From contig JAQFVV010000005.1 in assembly GCA_028023455.1 (NCBI GenBank), positions 12,090,001-12,154,000 on the forward strand: a stretch of 64,000 nucleotides of DNA, read 5' to 3'. The notes under the pieces were generated by a model, which was not told the origin of the DNA, did not search any database, and worked only from the letters and a program-made list of their open reading frames with translations. Shown here one piece after another: positions 38,645 through 51,714 of the stretch (positions are counted from its first letter, which is position 1; every line of letters starts with the position of its first letter). The position numbers were made by a program, and so were the translations under genes. This DNA comes from Epiperipatus broadwayi. Taxonomy: Eukaryota > Animalia > Onychophora.

Positions 38645-39357
38645 CATTTATCTAGCAGTATGTTTTATTTGTACTAATCATAAGGAAATCACCCCGGCAC
38701 ATGCACTGTATGAATTTATAAGGCTGAAGAATATGCTTACTTTTTAAACACAAAATAGAATCTTTTGAAATAATAAAAATGAATCCACCTTATCTTTTTA
38801 ACCTAAATTCATATTTATATATAGGCCGGTCTAAAGCATTTAGAAATGAGAGCATGAAGATCTTAATCACTTTCAATTCCATTCACTATTTACTGATAAA
38901 TGATGTTTGCAAAATTTTTACAATTTACTGCAATTCAGTAATAGATATAATATTAAATATATATAACTAATTATTTATTTATCTAGCACTATGTTTTATT
39001 TGTAATAGTCAAACCAGAATTACCCTGACACATGCTCTATATGAATTTATAAAGCTGAGGAATACTGTCACTCTCTAAATACAAGACAGAGTCTTTTGAA
39101 AAGATAAAAAAAGTGATTGACTAAAATCTTCATGCTCTCATTTCTAAATGCTTTAGATTGGCCTATATATATATGCATTTAGGTAAAAAAGATAAGGTGG
39201 ATTCATTCATATCTTTTCAAAAGACTATCTTGTGTTTAAAGAGTGAGAATATTCCTCGGCTTTATAAATTCATACACTGCATGTGTTGGGGAATATATAT
39301 ATATATATATATTCATACACTGCATGTGTTGGGGAATATATATATATATATATATTG
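38645..39357. repeat. R4: 331-bp tandem repeat followed by an inverted partial copy and a (TA)n-linked duplication
   Basis: tctagca.tatgttttatttgta at 38651 and 38982. ~39125-39290 is the reverse complement of ~38690-38865. ttcatacactgcatgtgttggggaatata is duplicated. Confidence 0.85.
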
Positions 39358-41288
39358 GAATTTGCAAATGATCAGTACCTTATAGCTGATCAAAAGCCAC
39401 CATATTGGATAAGCCAAAATCCATGAATGTAATCTTTCAAAGAATGACCAAATAACAATAAAATAAAATATAGGTCTGCACACAGGTCTGGATTAGTATA
39501 AGATTTCTAAGGCATCAAATAAACATATAATCTAAGATAAGTCCTCTTATAGGACTAAGTGAACAATAAGTAAATAAATTCTCTTATGGACTAAGTACAC
39601 ATTAACTAATATATTATTTATAAAATGTGGGTAGTCCAATGATTGATGTCTGTTACATTCCATAAACAATAATAATACGTAGTAGTAATAATAATCTCAG
39701 GGTTCTTAAATATCAAATAATTTAGGTTCTTTTCATTAATTAACAGCAGTCATAACAATGAGACTCATATTTTCTTAGCATCTTATCAACTCCCTTTAAA
39801 TGAAGTACAAATTTATGAAAGATAAGTTTAAACATAATATTGCCTGGCAAAGATTAACTCTTATTTTGGTTCTTATATCATTAACTAAACAAAATCAAGT
39901 TTTCTTAAAATTTAAAATAATTATCTAACAAAAGCCAAGCTAAAGTGATGCAGTAGATAAAAGGACATTTCATTGTACTAAACACACCATTAAGTCCTCT
40001 AATAACAATGACATCAATAAAGTAATCATATATAAATCTAATTGCATATATAATAGATTACATGAATTATATCAATGTGATAACTTCAAAATAATATGTA
40101 CTCTTATATACACTTTAAACACTTACTATATAATGAGCATGTCAATAGCTCTATAAGCTTTTCACGCTCATTATATAACATTTGTAATACAAGCTTATTA
40201 AATTAAGTCACATGATATATGAATTGATTTACTTGCAATTATTGCAACTTTAAACACTTTACAATTTGAATAGGTTTTCTGGTATATAGATGTAACAAAT
40301 GGTAACAGAAACATAATTCAAAAATAAAATGAACATTTATTATGAAGACTAAATGTATTTATTTTAGTTTACAATTTGACAATATATATATACCCTATTT
40401 ACCCTTATTTACAAAAAAAATAAAGTAACTTCTACATCAATTATTACATCAGTTGATATTATACACATATATCATATAGGTGATGTACGTAGATTATACA
40501 GATAAATAAATAAAGAAAACATCCTACAGTTTGAATTTAATAATCACTGATACATAGTGCATCTGGATGGACTAATAATATAACTGTGATTAGTAATATA
40601 ATAAAGTATATCTATATTGAAATCAGCATATAATTTCTTAATATATAATTAAGAATTTAAACAATACATTGCATTAGTCTTTGATAACAAAAGGCTGATT
40701 AGAGGAGTATAAACTCAATAGTTTACTCAACACTCAATCATCTGAAAATCTATAATAAGAAGTAGGAAATAGAATCACACAAATGCCTTTGATAATACAC
40801 AAACTGGAATACATAAATATTTACAAGCAATGATGGTGAGAAAAACAAGCTTACACTAAAATGAATAGAGCAATACTGGTTCCATGCTACACATATACAT
40901 ATGCACCATTACTACCTACCACTAACATAAGAAAGGTCTAACAAATATTATCTAAGCAAAGCGAGAAACCATCAATATAATTGCCCCAGTAAATACATGG
41001 CTAAAAGCAGAAATATTAATAATGAAAAGAAAATCATTGGGATAATAATTAAATAACAAATCTTAAAACACATCTCATATTTATAACACATATAGCAAAA
41101 ACATAATTAAAAGATCAATACAAATATATATATATATGAAAAACAAAAACAAGTTTTAATCACGTTAAAACCTGCTGTCGCTTGTATATATGATCAATAG
41201 ATGGCGTTTTACCAAAAACACCGACCAAGCGTTTGTTTACATAAACGACCGAAGAGTCAGAATTAACTATCTCTTTCATTTTAGCCCA

Positions 41289-41335
41289 CCTTCAGATCAG
41301 CTGATTTCAAGCTGATTTGCTATCATCAGTGAAGG
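41289..41335 (-). ncRNA. Type I hammerhead ribozyme motif (R3)
   Basis: Reverse complement: ccttca-CTGATGA-tAGC aaatca GCTt-GAAA-tcagctga-TC-tgaagg. 6-bp stem I, 10-nt palindrome ATCAGCTGAT, AUC site. Confidence 0.8.
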
Positions 41336-41579
41336 ACAGAGCAAAGAAACTATATCTAAACACTGACTCCAAGTGTTTATGCACAAAGTTTCTATCAGCT
41401 TGCAAGCATGAAATTTTTCAGACCGATAAAGTCTTCAAACTTAGCCATATAGCTATCTAGTTTTTTTGGCTGAGTTTGAAGACTTTATCGGTTTGAAAAA
41501 TTTCATGCTTGCAAGCTGATAGAAACTTTGTGCATAAACACTTGGAGTCAGTGTTTAGATCTAGTTTCTTTGCTCTGTC

Positions 41580-41624
41580 CTTCACTGATGATAGCAAATC
41601 AGCTTGAAATCAGCTGATCTGAAG
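41580..41624 (+). ncRNA. Type I hammerhead ribozyme motif (R3)
   Basis: cttca-CTGATGA-tAGC aaatca GCTt-GAAA-tcagctga-TC-tgaag. Confidence 0.8.
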
Positions 41625-44600
41625 ATGGGCTAAAATACTCTTCGATCATTTATGTAAACAAACGCTTGGTTGGTGTTTTTGGTAAAACGCCATCTATTGA
41701 ATATATATATATATATGACAAATAAACAGTTAATTTAAAGTTATAAGAATAATAATAATAGAAAGTATGCTCCAAATCAATACAAAATATACAATATATA
41801 AAATAGCGGCTCTATTCTTATAAATGTTTTTAAAAAAAATATATAAATTCCTCATCGCGATCTTCCAGAACACAGTGACATGAATAAAACACTTACATAC
41901 CACTTTTAAATATATGATTATACATGTTAATATATCCAAAAATTAAAATTAAAAAATGATATTAACAAATATTGGAAATACATAATATTTAAAAACATCC
42001 TAATAATAACATAAAAAATCTTTAAGCGGTTTCTTCTTTTCTTTTTTTTCTGGAGTGAAAATAATTTTCACACAATTGCAAGTTTGATCACTTTAATGAC
42101 CACATGTTTTATTTCACTTATTTGCAAACACATAAAGAAGTATTCCATAATTATATACACCTTCAGTAGAGAAGTTCCACAATGAGTTTTTGTTAAATAA
42201 ATAATACAATAGGATAGCGATTCCTTTTGAAAGATTTCTAGAATCATGTTGATCTTATAATGGAAGAAGCTTTTATTACTTCAAAAGATTAATCATTTAA
42301 ATTAAAGAAACAAATTGAATATGTTCCATAATAAAAATGTATATATCAAAGTTGCATCCAAGTAAAAGGAATTATATACTCCATATAGACAAACTATAAT
42401 AAATTCAATATAAATGAAATATATTAAATAGGTTGTAAATATATGTATATCAGAGCAGTCATGTAAATAAAATAAGCACATCATAAACCCATATGTATAT
42501 CCAAAGGTAATTATATTCCATAATAATGTATCATAGTAAAGCATATCTTCGAATGTAGGCATCAAATTAAGTAAGATATAATAAATATATATCCATAATT
42601 ATATTTTATGATGATCTATAAACATCTTAACCATAGATTAATCATGTAAGATCAATATAGTTTATAGCAAAATGATATAATAAATCTCTAATTTAAAAGA
42701 AAATATAAAAAGATTTAACAAAATTGACAAAGTTCATAAGAATATAAGTCATAGAATACCTTGGATTGTATCGTAGAAGTTTCAGCTTCTATCTCCACAG
42801 AAAATTTAACTTTCTTTCCTGTATTTGTAGACTTTCAGAGAGAAGATAAAATAGCATAACTTGAAAATTAATTGCTAGGATAAAGTTTGCTTCTAGCAAT
42901 ACATAAAGCCTAATTAACTTGATTGTAAATTCAGCAACAAAATAATAATAGGATCAATTGACAGTGATGATGAAGAATGAATGAGTGAAGTGACTATTAT
43001 GCTTTCAAAATTGCCTCTTTTATACTCATTTTAGAGTAATGTGAATCCAATCAATGCAATTAACAGGAGGAGGAGGAGAGGGGTATTATAATTGATAGGA
43101 ATCTAAGAACATTTGCTCTGGAAAATATTTATGTCATTTAAATAAATACAGAGAAAAGTTATTTCAAGTATTTATGAATATATATATATTTTGAAACCTT
43201 TGAAACTAAATTTATCTAATTTGAATAGTATCAAAAGAAAAAAAAAACTTTTTCAACAAATAAATTTATAGAAGTTAAGCTTAACTTCTCAAAGTCTGTA
43301 GTTGGATATATAGCAACTATAATATTGACATATACTTAAATGAATAAAAATATAATTATACAGCATTAAATATGTAAAATAGAACATCAAGTTACTCAAT
43401 TAAGTTAATAAAGATAATACCAGATAATCTTTTAGACTCGATTGTACTTATATTTATTTTCTGTGCAAAATAAATAGTTGCAGTATATATGTGTGTGTTA
43501 ATAAATATGTTATATATTTTGTTTGCCTCCTCATTAAATAAAACACAATAATTGGTAAGAATTTTCATTTTTGGAGAAAGATTGATATATTATTTTACCC
43601 CTAGCATCATATGTAAAAGTAATTACAATGATAGCAATATAGAAGATCGCTATGATATATTCATTGTAAGTTTTGACATAAATAAAATGGGAAATTGGGT
43701 GGTATGCTTTAACCATTTCAGATTCTTTCTCAACACTAATGGCAGGCATAGTCAAGTTAAAGCTAAAGTTAGCCATATATGTCAGTATCCATAAATTGTA
43801 TTTTATTTGAAATGGGGGGGGGGGGATTATCGCTAAGACATCTTTGTTCAGCATAGCATTCACATTTAATATGTAAAAGTATTACATATAAAGCAATATT
43901 AAGTTTTACATTATTCTTGAAAGTGTATTTGCTTTTCAATTTCTTTATATCATCATTAGCAGCAACTCATAAATAAGTAACAGATATTCTAATTTCAGAA
44001 GAGTAGGGGAAAAACCGCATAAAGATCAAAAATAAAAATGATTGGAATCCACATTATTGTGTGAATAAATAAAAAATGGAAATAGGGTAGCACAAACACA
44101 CAATCTTACCACTATAATATTAGTGCAGGGGAATAAATGATATAATGTCTTTCCATTATTACTTAGATGGAGCTTAGATGTCATAAGTAGATACATTGGT
44201 GGATTAAATTCTTAACAGAATTTTTTTTCTGATATTTGAAACAATTACTCTAAATTGACTATCAAAAAATCTAGCAATCATGAGTCTCACAGAGACATTA
44301 AATAATGATATGACTTAATATATGTGATTTTTTTAAAATAATATCTTTTGGATTGAATTATTTTTATTTGATTTTGATTGTTTATGTTTTTACTAAAATA
44401 GTTTGCAGAGTCGTTTGATTTCTGAGAATAGTTCAAATATCAATAAAATAAATACTTGGATACAAATCCTTTAAAGGGGAGATGAAATAAAAGAGATTGC
44501 ATGATTTGTATTTACTAATTTAGTATCTTCTATTCTGGGAATTTCTAGATGATACCTATTTTATGGTACTTATATTGTGACATTAGACTCGGTGAATTTT

Positions 44601-44699
44601 TTTAAAAACGTTTTTATTTGTTTCTGGAAAGTGTTATTTATTATTTTGATTATTAAAAGATCTTTTTTTTTTTATCTTATAAAGACTAAAATGCATATA

Positions 44700-45500
44700 T
44701 TGATAGGAGCAGTAAAATTTGCCCTGAAGTTGTTGGAAACAATGATAAAGATGTTGTAATCTCAAATCTGCTATTATTTAATTATTGCACAACAAATGGA
44801 ATGACCATCATGAACACTTTGATTGGACAGAAAAATCTCTGTGAAGAAACTTGGATGCCAAAATAATGGCATCTAATAGAATATATTATAGTTAAAAGTC
44901 AGAATACAAAAGTACAATAATGAAAAATTAAAATGATAGTTGTAATTCAAAATGATCATATTTCAATAATATTCATAAAAATTTAATATTTATTCTTTAG
45001 AAACATTTATTATAAGTAATAAAATTCATCAAAAATTTAAATTTTCATGATTGTCATGTTCTTGAGATTCGTATTTCTCTTGAAATTATGTTGTGGTTAC
45101 AAGGTAATCTATTTTTGGGTTCACTAAAAATAGAATATTGATTAGGGATTTTGACATTGTCTCTATTGTTGGGATTTGATTAAAAAGAAATATAGCATGC
45201 TTGGTAAATAATACTTAAAAATTTAATATGAAGTTTCATAAGCATTCTACAATTGACAAATAGATTAAAAATGACATGATTTTATATGATAATCATATTT
45301 TAATCAGGTGGAGAAAATATTTTAATCAGCCTGAATAATAGTGCAAAAATTGAGGTTATAGTTTTTAATGATATATCCACTCTACATACCCATGTAGATT
45401 TCATAAATGTATATAATTTAGTGAAATTAAAACCGCTCTTCGTAACCAAAAAAATTGGAATACTGCTAAATTGGATGAGTTTCTAAAATACAGTGGTGAT
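44700..45500 (+). mobile_element. Decayed LINE fragment (APE endonuclease C-terminus and linker)
   Basis: LLLFNYCTTNGMTIMNT...TWMPK*WHLIEYIIVK...NDH, then RWRKYFNQ...EIKTALRNQK; many stops. Confidence 0.55.
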
Positions 45501-46939
45501 ATTATTAGCTGCAAAAACTATTGGAACTTTTTAGGAATATATGGACTCATAAAGTTCTGCTACTTGGTCTTAGATATGCTTTTATTGTTTTAAATTGTAA
45601 AAATAAAAGAGACAGAAAAGACTGCACTAATTTTTAAAGATTTTATTGAATAGACTGCTTCCAATCAAAATTGTTTTGTAGAATCAAAAAGTACTAGAGA
45701 CAGGACAGTGCCTTTAATACAAGTTAAATTTCAGCACTCTCAATCAGAAAATTTGTAAATTAAAACAAATTCTATAAAATTTTATTTAACAAAAGACAGA
45801 AACAGAAAAAAAATTTAATATATATAATTATTTACACTTTTTTTTATATATTAAGTCTCCTGACTTTGATGGCTACACATAGCTTTTAGAAATGTTCTAT
45901 GTGGCAAATAATAATTAGAATGAAGAAGTTCAACTCTAACCAGTATGTTAATTAGTTTGTAAAAATTATTCTAGTTTGTTACTTTTACTGTAGATTGAAA
46001 TCTCTGAAGAATAATTAATTTATGTTTTCTATTAGAATTTAGCTTCGCAAATATTTTTTCAATAATAGAATATTTACACTATTTCATAATTTAATTTTTA
46101 TATGTTCATTATTTCAGTATAATAACTAGTTATATTGTACATACTATACAATATTATATACAAGCTAGACAGTCCAATATTTAGGGATTAAAGATTTACA
46201 TTACATTTACTTAAGAAAACTTTTACATTTTCATACTTATATTGTTTATTCAAAAAACTTTTAGAAGTTATTACCACACCTTTTATTTTTTTATTCAATA
46301 ATAGGTTATATCAATATCTAAAAAAAATCAAACAATTGGTTTGTTCTACTACAATAAATAACTGAATCTTTTAAGCCCTTTCCAATGAGCACCCATTTGG
46401 AAGAGGTTTCAAATGATGTTTTAATGAAATTTGTTAAGAATGAAATATCTTGGTGCGCAATAATATCTTTTTAAAAAATTAGATTTTTTTTTTATTAATT
46501 CTGTTTTCCTGGATTTGGACCATCATGTATTTGGATAATATTATAAATCATTTACTAGTTTTTAGCTAGGTAACAAACCCCACAATATTCCAAATTCAAT
46601 GAAAAGAAAATTAATAAAATATATGAAAAAAATAATATTGATATTAAAAAAAATTGAAACAGCACATGAATCAATCCCAGAATCCCATATTTTAGACTCT
46701 GGTACTTTATCACTATACTGATACTTATAAAATATCACTGATAAATATAATTAACTACTATATGATTTTTTCCAACATAATACAAAATTATAAATTAGGA
46801 TATTTGAATAAAAATAACTCAGAAATCTAAACATTTTCATTTCATATAAATTTTACTAATTATAGTTGCAACTTAGTATCAGTCTATTTAATTTAGCACA
46901 ATGGTAGAGTATATAATATATGATATGTTTAGAACCAGG

Positions 46940-47217
46940 TGTTACTGACCTCATTGAAAAAGTTAAAAGACTGAAGTGGAGTTGGGCTGGACATATTGCT
47001 AGAAGAGATAATAATAGATGGACAATTGAAATCTTAAACTGGATTCCAAGAGATTGTAAAAACCCAGAAAGAAACCACATGTGAGATAGATGGATGAAAT
47101 AAGAAAGTGTTCAGGGGTGATGTGGAGTAGAGAAGCTAAAGATCGGAGAAGATGGATTGAACTTGAAGAGACCTTCATCCTGCAGTGTATTGATAATGGA
47201 TGATGATGATGATGATG
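46940..47217 (+). mobile_element. RTE-clade LINE 3' end with (GAT)n tail
   Basis: GVTDLIEKVKRLKWSWAGHIARRDNNRWTIEILNWIPRDCK...DEIRK...W...AKDRRRW..LEETF, followed by (gat)n. Confidence 0.85.
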
Positions 47218-47460
47218 TTCAGAACATTTATCATAAGATTAAATGAAAATAATAATCCTCTCAAATTTTAATAAAAAATGTTTACAACCAAAACATGTTT
47301 CAAACAATAGAATGTTTTGGATGGCTAAACATTGTTATATAATTTTTATTATTGTAATATAGGGTATATGAGCACAGACTTTCACACCACCCACCTCTCT
47401 CCACTCTATCTAATAATACTGATACACCTAAACACATATATGCTGAAAAGATAAATAATC

Positions 47461-47504
47461 ACCAATATACGTATTTCATGCTAAACCAGCAATCATCAGT
47501 TGGT
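47461..47504 (-). ncRNA. Minimal type I hammerhead ribozyme motif (R1)
   Basis: Exact reverse complement of 48045-48088. Confidence 0.8.
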
Positions 47505-48044
47505 CCAGACTATCATCTTTACACACATATATAGCATAAGTGCTCAGATATATATTAAGATAGACTATCCTCATAGTTTAATGGACAGGCTTCAATCCAC
47601 TCCACACTCCAACTCTTCAACTGTCCATCCAATTGAAAATCTGATGATGGAATGCTCAAAGGCCACCCTGAGGCCGAGATTATTGTCACACCCATGTTGA
47701 CCTAAGGTCAATCTGAACACCACATGTACAGGACATAATCCATTTAATACATATGCAAGGATGGGCAGACATCTCTATAATGTAATAACTGAAACACAGG
47801 CTTGTTATATACATGTCCTGTACATGTGGGGTTCAGATTGACCTTAGGTCAACATGGGTGTGACAATAATCTCGGCCTCAGGGTGGCCTTTGAGCATTCC
47901 ATCATCAGATTTTCAATTGGATGGACAGTTGAAGAGTTGGAGTGTGGAGTGGATTGAAGCCTGTCCATTAAACTATGAGGATAGTCTATCTTAATATATA
48001 TCTGAGCACTTATGCTATATATGTGTGTAAAGATGATAGTCTGG

Positions 48045-48088
48045 ACCAACTGATGATTGCTGGTTTAGCATGAAATACGTATATTGGT
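48045..48088 (+). ncRNA. Minimal type I hammerhead ribozyme motif (R1)
   Basis: accaa-CTGATGA-tTGCT ggttt AGCAt-GAAA-tacgta-TA-ttggt. Stem I accaa/ttggt, palindromic ATACGTAT stem III, AUA site. Confidence 0.8.
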
Positions 48089-48599
48089 GATTATTTATCT
48101 TTTCAGCATATATGTGTTTAGGTGTGTCAGTATTATTAGATAGGGTGGAGAGAGGTGGGTGGTGTGAAAGTCTGTGCTCATATACCCTATATTACATATA
48201 TATAGCCACAGGTATATAACAAGCCTGTGTTTCAGTTAATTTTTATTATTATGATGACATTGTGTCTCTATTGCCCCACGCAACCTACATATCCGCATCA
48301 GGCGGCTTATCTTATGTGAGCAAACAATTTTTCATTTGTTGTTTTTTTTTTTAAATGAACGGCAGTAATTTTATATACAAAAAATTAATGAAAGATTATG
48401 AACACTTATATAAATTTGAAATGCCCCCCCATCCCGCCCACACACACACATCTCTTTACAAATAATGAGATTTTTACCCAATTTGATCAATAATTCCCTA
48501 ATTTTTGCGGTATAATGTATAACAGACCAAAGCCATTCTTAATAGGTATTAGTCAATATTAATTTATATTCATAAATCCACTTTTTAATTCTATTTTTC

Positions 48600-48772
48600 A
48601 AGGAATTAATGCCTAAATTCTTTGTTATTTCTCATTTACTCCCAAAAGAAATTATCCACTCTTTGCCTTCGTACCGCGACATCTAGTGATATATATTGTA
48701 TATTTAATTTGGGCTTATTATCGCCATATTATTTATTTCTTGAAAACGTATAAGTATTTGTTCAGGTAAGAT
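48600..48772 (+). promoter_or_regulatory. Candidate first exon and splice donor for ZNF-B
   Basis: CpG-containing stretch (~48270-49450) upstream of a CpG-poor region running to ZNF-B; strong donor CAG|GTAAGA at 48766; candidate acceptor ttttttaccaacag at ~55199. Linkage is inferred. Confidence 0.3.
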
Positions 48773-49729
48773 ACTGTATTTAAATTTAAATCTATTTAGC
48801 GTGTGCTTCAGTTTATTACTAAAATATTTTTTTTAAATCTTGAATTCTTTTGAAAACAATGCGATAATACTGCTTTATGGAAAATACACTAACGTTTTAA
48901 AGAGAAAGCTTTAAATAATTTTTTTTTTAAAAAGTAAAATTAAAGAGTTAAATTTCATAATCACAAAATAAATTAAATTTCTGATGTCCTGGAAATTATT
49001 GTGGACTAAATAACGTTAAATTATTTTAAAAGTTTAATATGTTTTTCTTTTTTAATGATAATTCAAGCTCCTGAAACTGAGTGTTTTTTTTTTCTACTAC
49101 ATAATTAGTGTTGATGTTATGAAGTAGTTTTCACGTTGCTTTCCTATTCTTGATAAAATGATCGTTTAAGTATTCAGTCTTGCTCATTTTATTATAGTTC
49201 CGAATTTAGTCATTGCTACTGATCTCTGTTATTGTATTTTTTTTTTCCTTAGTTATCATCTGCGGTCATTTCCATTAGGACACTATACGTGTAATTGTAA
49301 ATGTGTTAGCATTGGTTTTTTTGGACATTTAATAGTTTTATTGAGATTCTAAATTTGATGCCTTGATTATTAACCGATGTAAATATCTTAGGATATTGGC
49401 TTTCAAATTTTTTAAGAGTCGATTCCCTTTGTATAAAAAAAAATTATTCCCATCACTGATAAAAGAAAGTATGCGTAAGATATCAAGAAAAATGGAATAA
49501 AGATTTTGAGTGTAGGTGTGTAGTTTATATGTAAAGAGAAATTATTAAATATATATTTTTGAAAAAGATGTTGAAAGAGGAACAAGATAAATTAAGAGTG
49601 GGAGAAACTTAAAAGAGAACGAAAAAGAGATTTTATGTTTAGTTTTTTGTTATACGAAAAATAGGAAATATAATAACAGGATGTTTGAATCAGCGAAATA
49701 GTTTTTATTAAAATAGAATATTAATAAGA

Positions 49730-51258
49730 AATGAATTAGGGCCGGAAGAATGGTTTGGTATAAAGAGTAAAAACTAAGTGAGTTTATTGATGGGCAGGGG
49801 CGCACCAATAGTGTTCCATGCATGCGTTTGAAACTTTAATTGGAGCCCCTATATCTCTCCCGTCAATAAAGAAGGACTAGGAAGAGAGGTAAAGATACCA
49901 TTAATAAATGGCAAAGGAGTATATATATTATCAGCTCTTTTATTTTCTGATGATATCTTCTTGTGCACAGAAAGTAGGGAAAATATGGAAGTTATGCTGA
50001 AGACATGTGCAAGGGTGGTTAAAGAGATGGGGATTAAATTTAATGAAGAAAAATCAAAAGTAATGATGATAAATGCTGGTGAAATAGAAGAGACAGAATT
50101 TTTATTGGGGGATATAAAATTAAATGTGGTGAATATGTATAACTATTTGAGAATCATCTTAAGTAATTCGAGAAATTGCTTGGATCAATGGGAGAAAAAA
50201 TTGATAAATGAAGCAAAGAAAAGAAAATGACTGATAAAGAAATTAACAGTGTTTTCATATAATGGAGCTAGAATTGTATGGAAGGCAGTGACAGTAGCAG
50301 GATTAACTTATGGTAACGATGTATTATGTGTTAGTAAAGGGGTATTAAATTACCTTTAAAAAAGTACAAAGAGAAGTAGGAAGACATACATTAGATGCAG
50401 ATGTGTGGATGGCAAAGGAGGTAATTCAAGGTGAAATGGAATAGTCAAGTTGTTATATGAGAAATGCAAAAAGCAAAATGAAAATGTTTGGTAGATTGCA
50501 ATTTATGGATAAAAGAGAATAGCCAAAATAATATTTAATTGGGTTATGAGTAAAGGACAGGCAACAAGATGGGTGAGAAAGGTAGTGAGATATGCAGAAG
50601 ATTTGAGTAAAGACTTTATGTCAATATACTTATACAAAAGGTGGGATGATTGTGTTAGGAGAATTGTTGAGTGTTAGAATGGCAAGAAATAGGATAGAAG
50701 AATAGATGCATTAATATAGAAAATAGGGAGATGGAGAACTAGTATGGAGAGTAAAAAAAGTTTAAATATATATAGAAGTAAACAGAATATTGGGTGAAGA
50801 TTAATTTATGATAATAGCAAGGACAGTAGTTTACTGTTTAAGGCTCAAATGGGATCTTTAGCAACAAGGGAATATACACATAAATGGAGAAATGTGGGTG
50901 ATTTAGTCTACAAGTTATATAAGGAAGGCATGGAAAATATTAGGCATCTGCTAATTGAATGTTAATGTTTATAAACAGAAAAGGTACAAATAATGAAGTT
51001 TGGGAGAATAAATATAAACGAAGTGATTAAACAGAAAGTGGGTTCTTAGTTTTTATGCTGGGTTTGGAAAAAGATAAGGGGGATCTTGATATAAAGGCCA
51101 TAGAGTGGCCAAAGACGATGTTGTGCGAATGGGATAGAGGAGGATAGAGAAGAATATGGGAAAAACTTAGGGTGGGGAATGGAAAGGGAAAGTAAGGTGG
51201 TTAACAGGTTTTTCTGGGCATAGCGACCGAGAGATTCTTGACTTCTATCACATCACAT
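49730..51258 (+). mobile_element. Decayed LINE (RT from the LLFSDD region to the 3' end) with (ACATC)n tail
   Basis: SALLFSDDIFLCTESRENMEVML...GIKFNEEKSKVM...YNYL..., AKEVIQGEME; same family as 29075-29865; many stops. Confidence 0.88.
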
Positions 51259-51466
51259 AAATAATCACTTTATAAAAATGTATTAGTGAGTAAAAATAAA
51301 ATGAGAAATACTATATTGTTTATAAGTTTATTGAACAAAAAGCAGAAATTATAAAAAAAATGTACAAGAAAACAATAAACATACAAGAAGGGGACACAAA
51401 AGTAATTAAGGGGGAAAATAAAGTAATTTATCTTATTTGGCAAGAAAATCATTTACAAATTTCATC

Positions 51467-51714
51467 TTAAGCCAATAAACATCACATGACCACCACCTCT
51501 TATGCTTGCGTATAACTGTTGTTAAAACAGGAAAAACTCACTATACATATTGCCACACACAGCAAGCTAGAGTAATCAATGGATGCCAGAAGGCTTGTGC
51601 ATAAAATCCCCATCTAGTGCCTACTCATCCAATATCCGCAGACTAGTTTCTGGCTTGGGGCCCTCGTCAGTGAGGAGCCTTGCATCTGAGAGCACTGCAC
51701 CTAGATCTTAGGAT
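51467..51714 (-). mobile_element. R2 single truncated copy with intact hammerhead core (51636-51675, -)
   Basis: Reverse complement: cctca-CTGACGA-gGGC cccaa GCCa-GAAA-ctag-TC-tgcgg; colinear with ~30985-31230. Confidence 0.85.

Larger units (their letters stand above)
41194..41700. mobile_element. R3 hammerhead-repeat element: near-perfect palindrome with a 19-bp spacer
   Basis: Arms 41194-41447 and 41467-41700 (right arm has a short deletion); inserted next to (TA)n. Confidence 0.9.
47354..48236. mobile_element. R1 hammerhead-repeat insertion, near-perfect inverted arms with 14-bp TSD
   Basis: Arms 47354-47736 and 47813-48195; the identical ORFs 47500-47700(+) and 47849-48049(-) confirm the symmetry. 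TSD taatttttattatt at 47340-47353 and 48237-48250. Confidence 0.93.

Noticed and set aside
47636-47665. Second CTGATGA inside R1 (also ~8383)
   Set aside because: GAAA lies upstream rather than downstream and no consistent three-way junction can be drawn.
47500-48049. Two identical 66-aa ORFs on opposite strands
   Set aside because: An artefact of the R1 inverted repeat; no protein features, and the related copy near 8339-8521 does not conserve the frame well.
49945-49960. CTGATGA in the LINE
   Set aside because: These are the Ser-Asp-Asp codons of the RT active-site motif.
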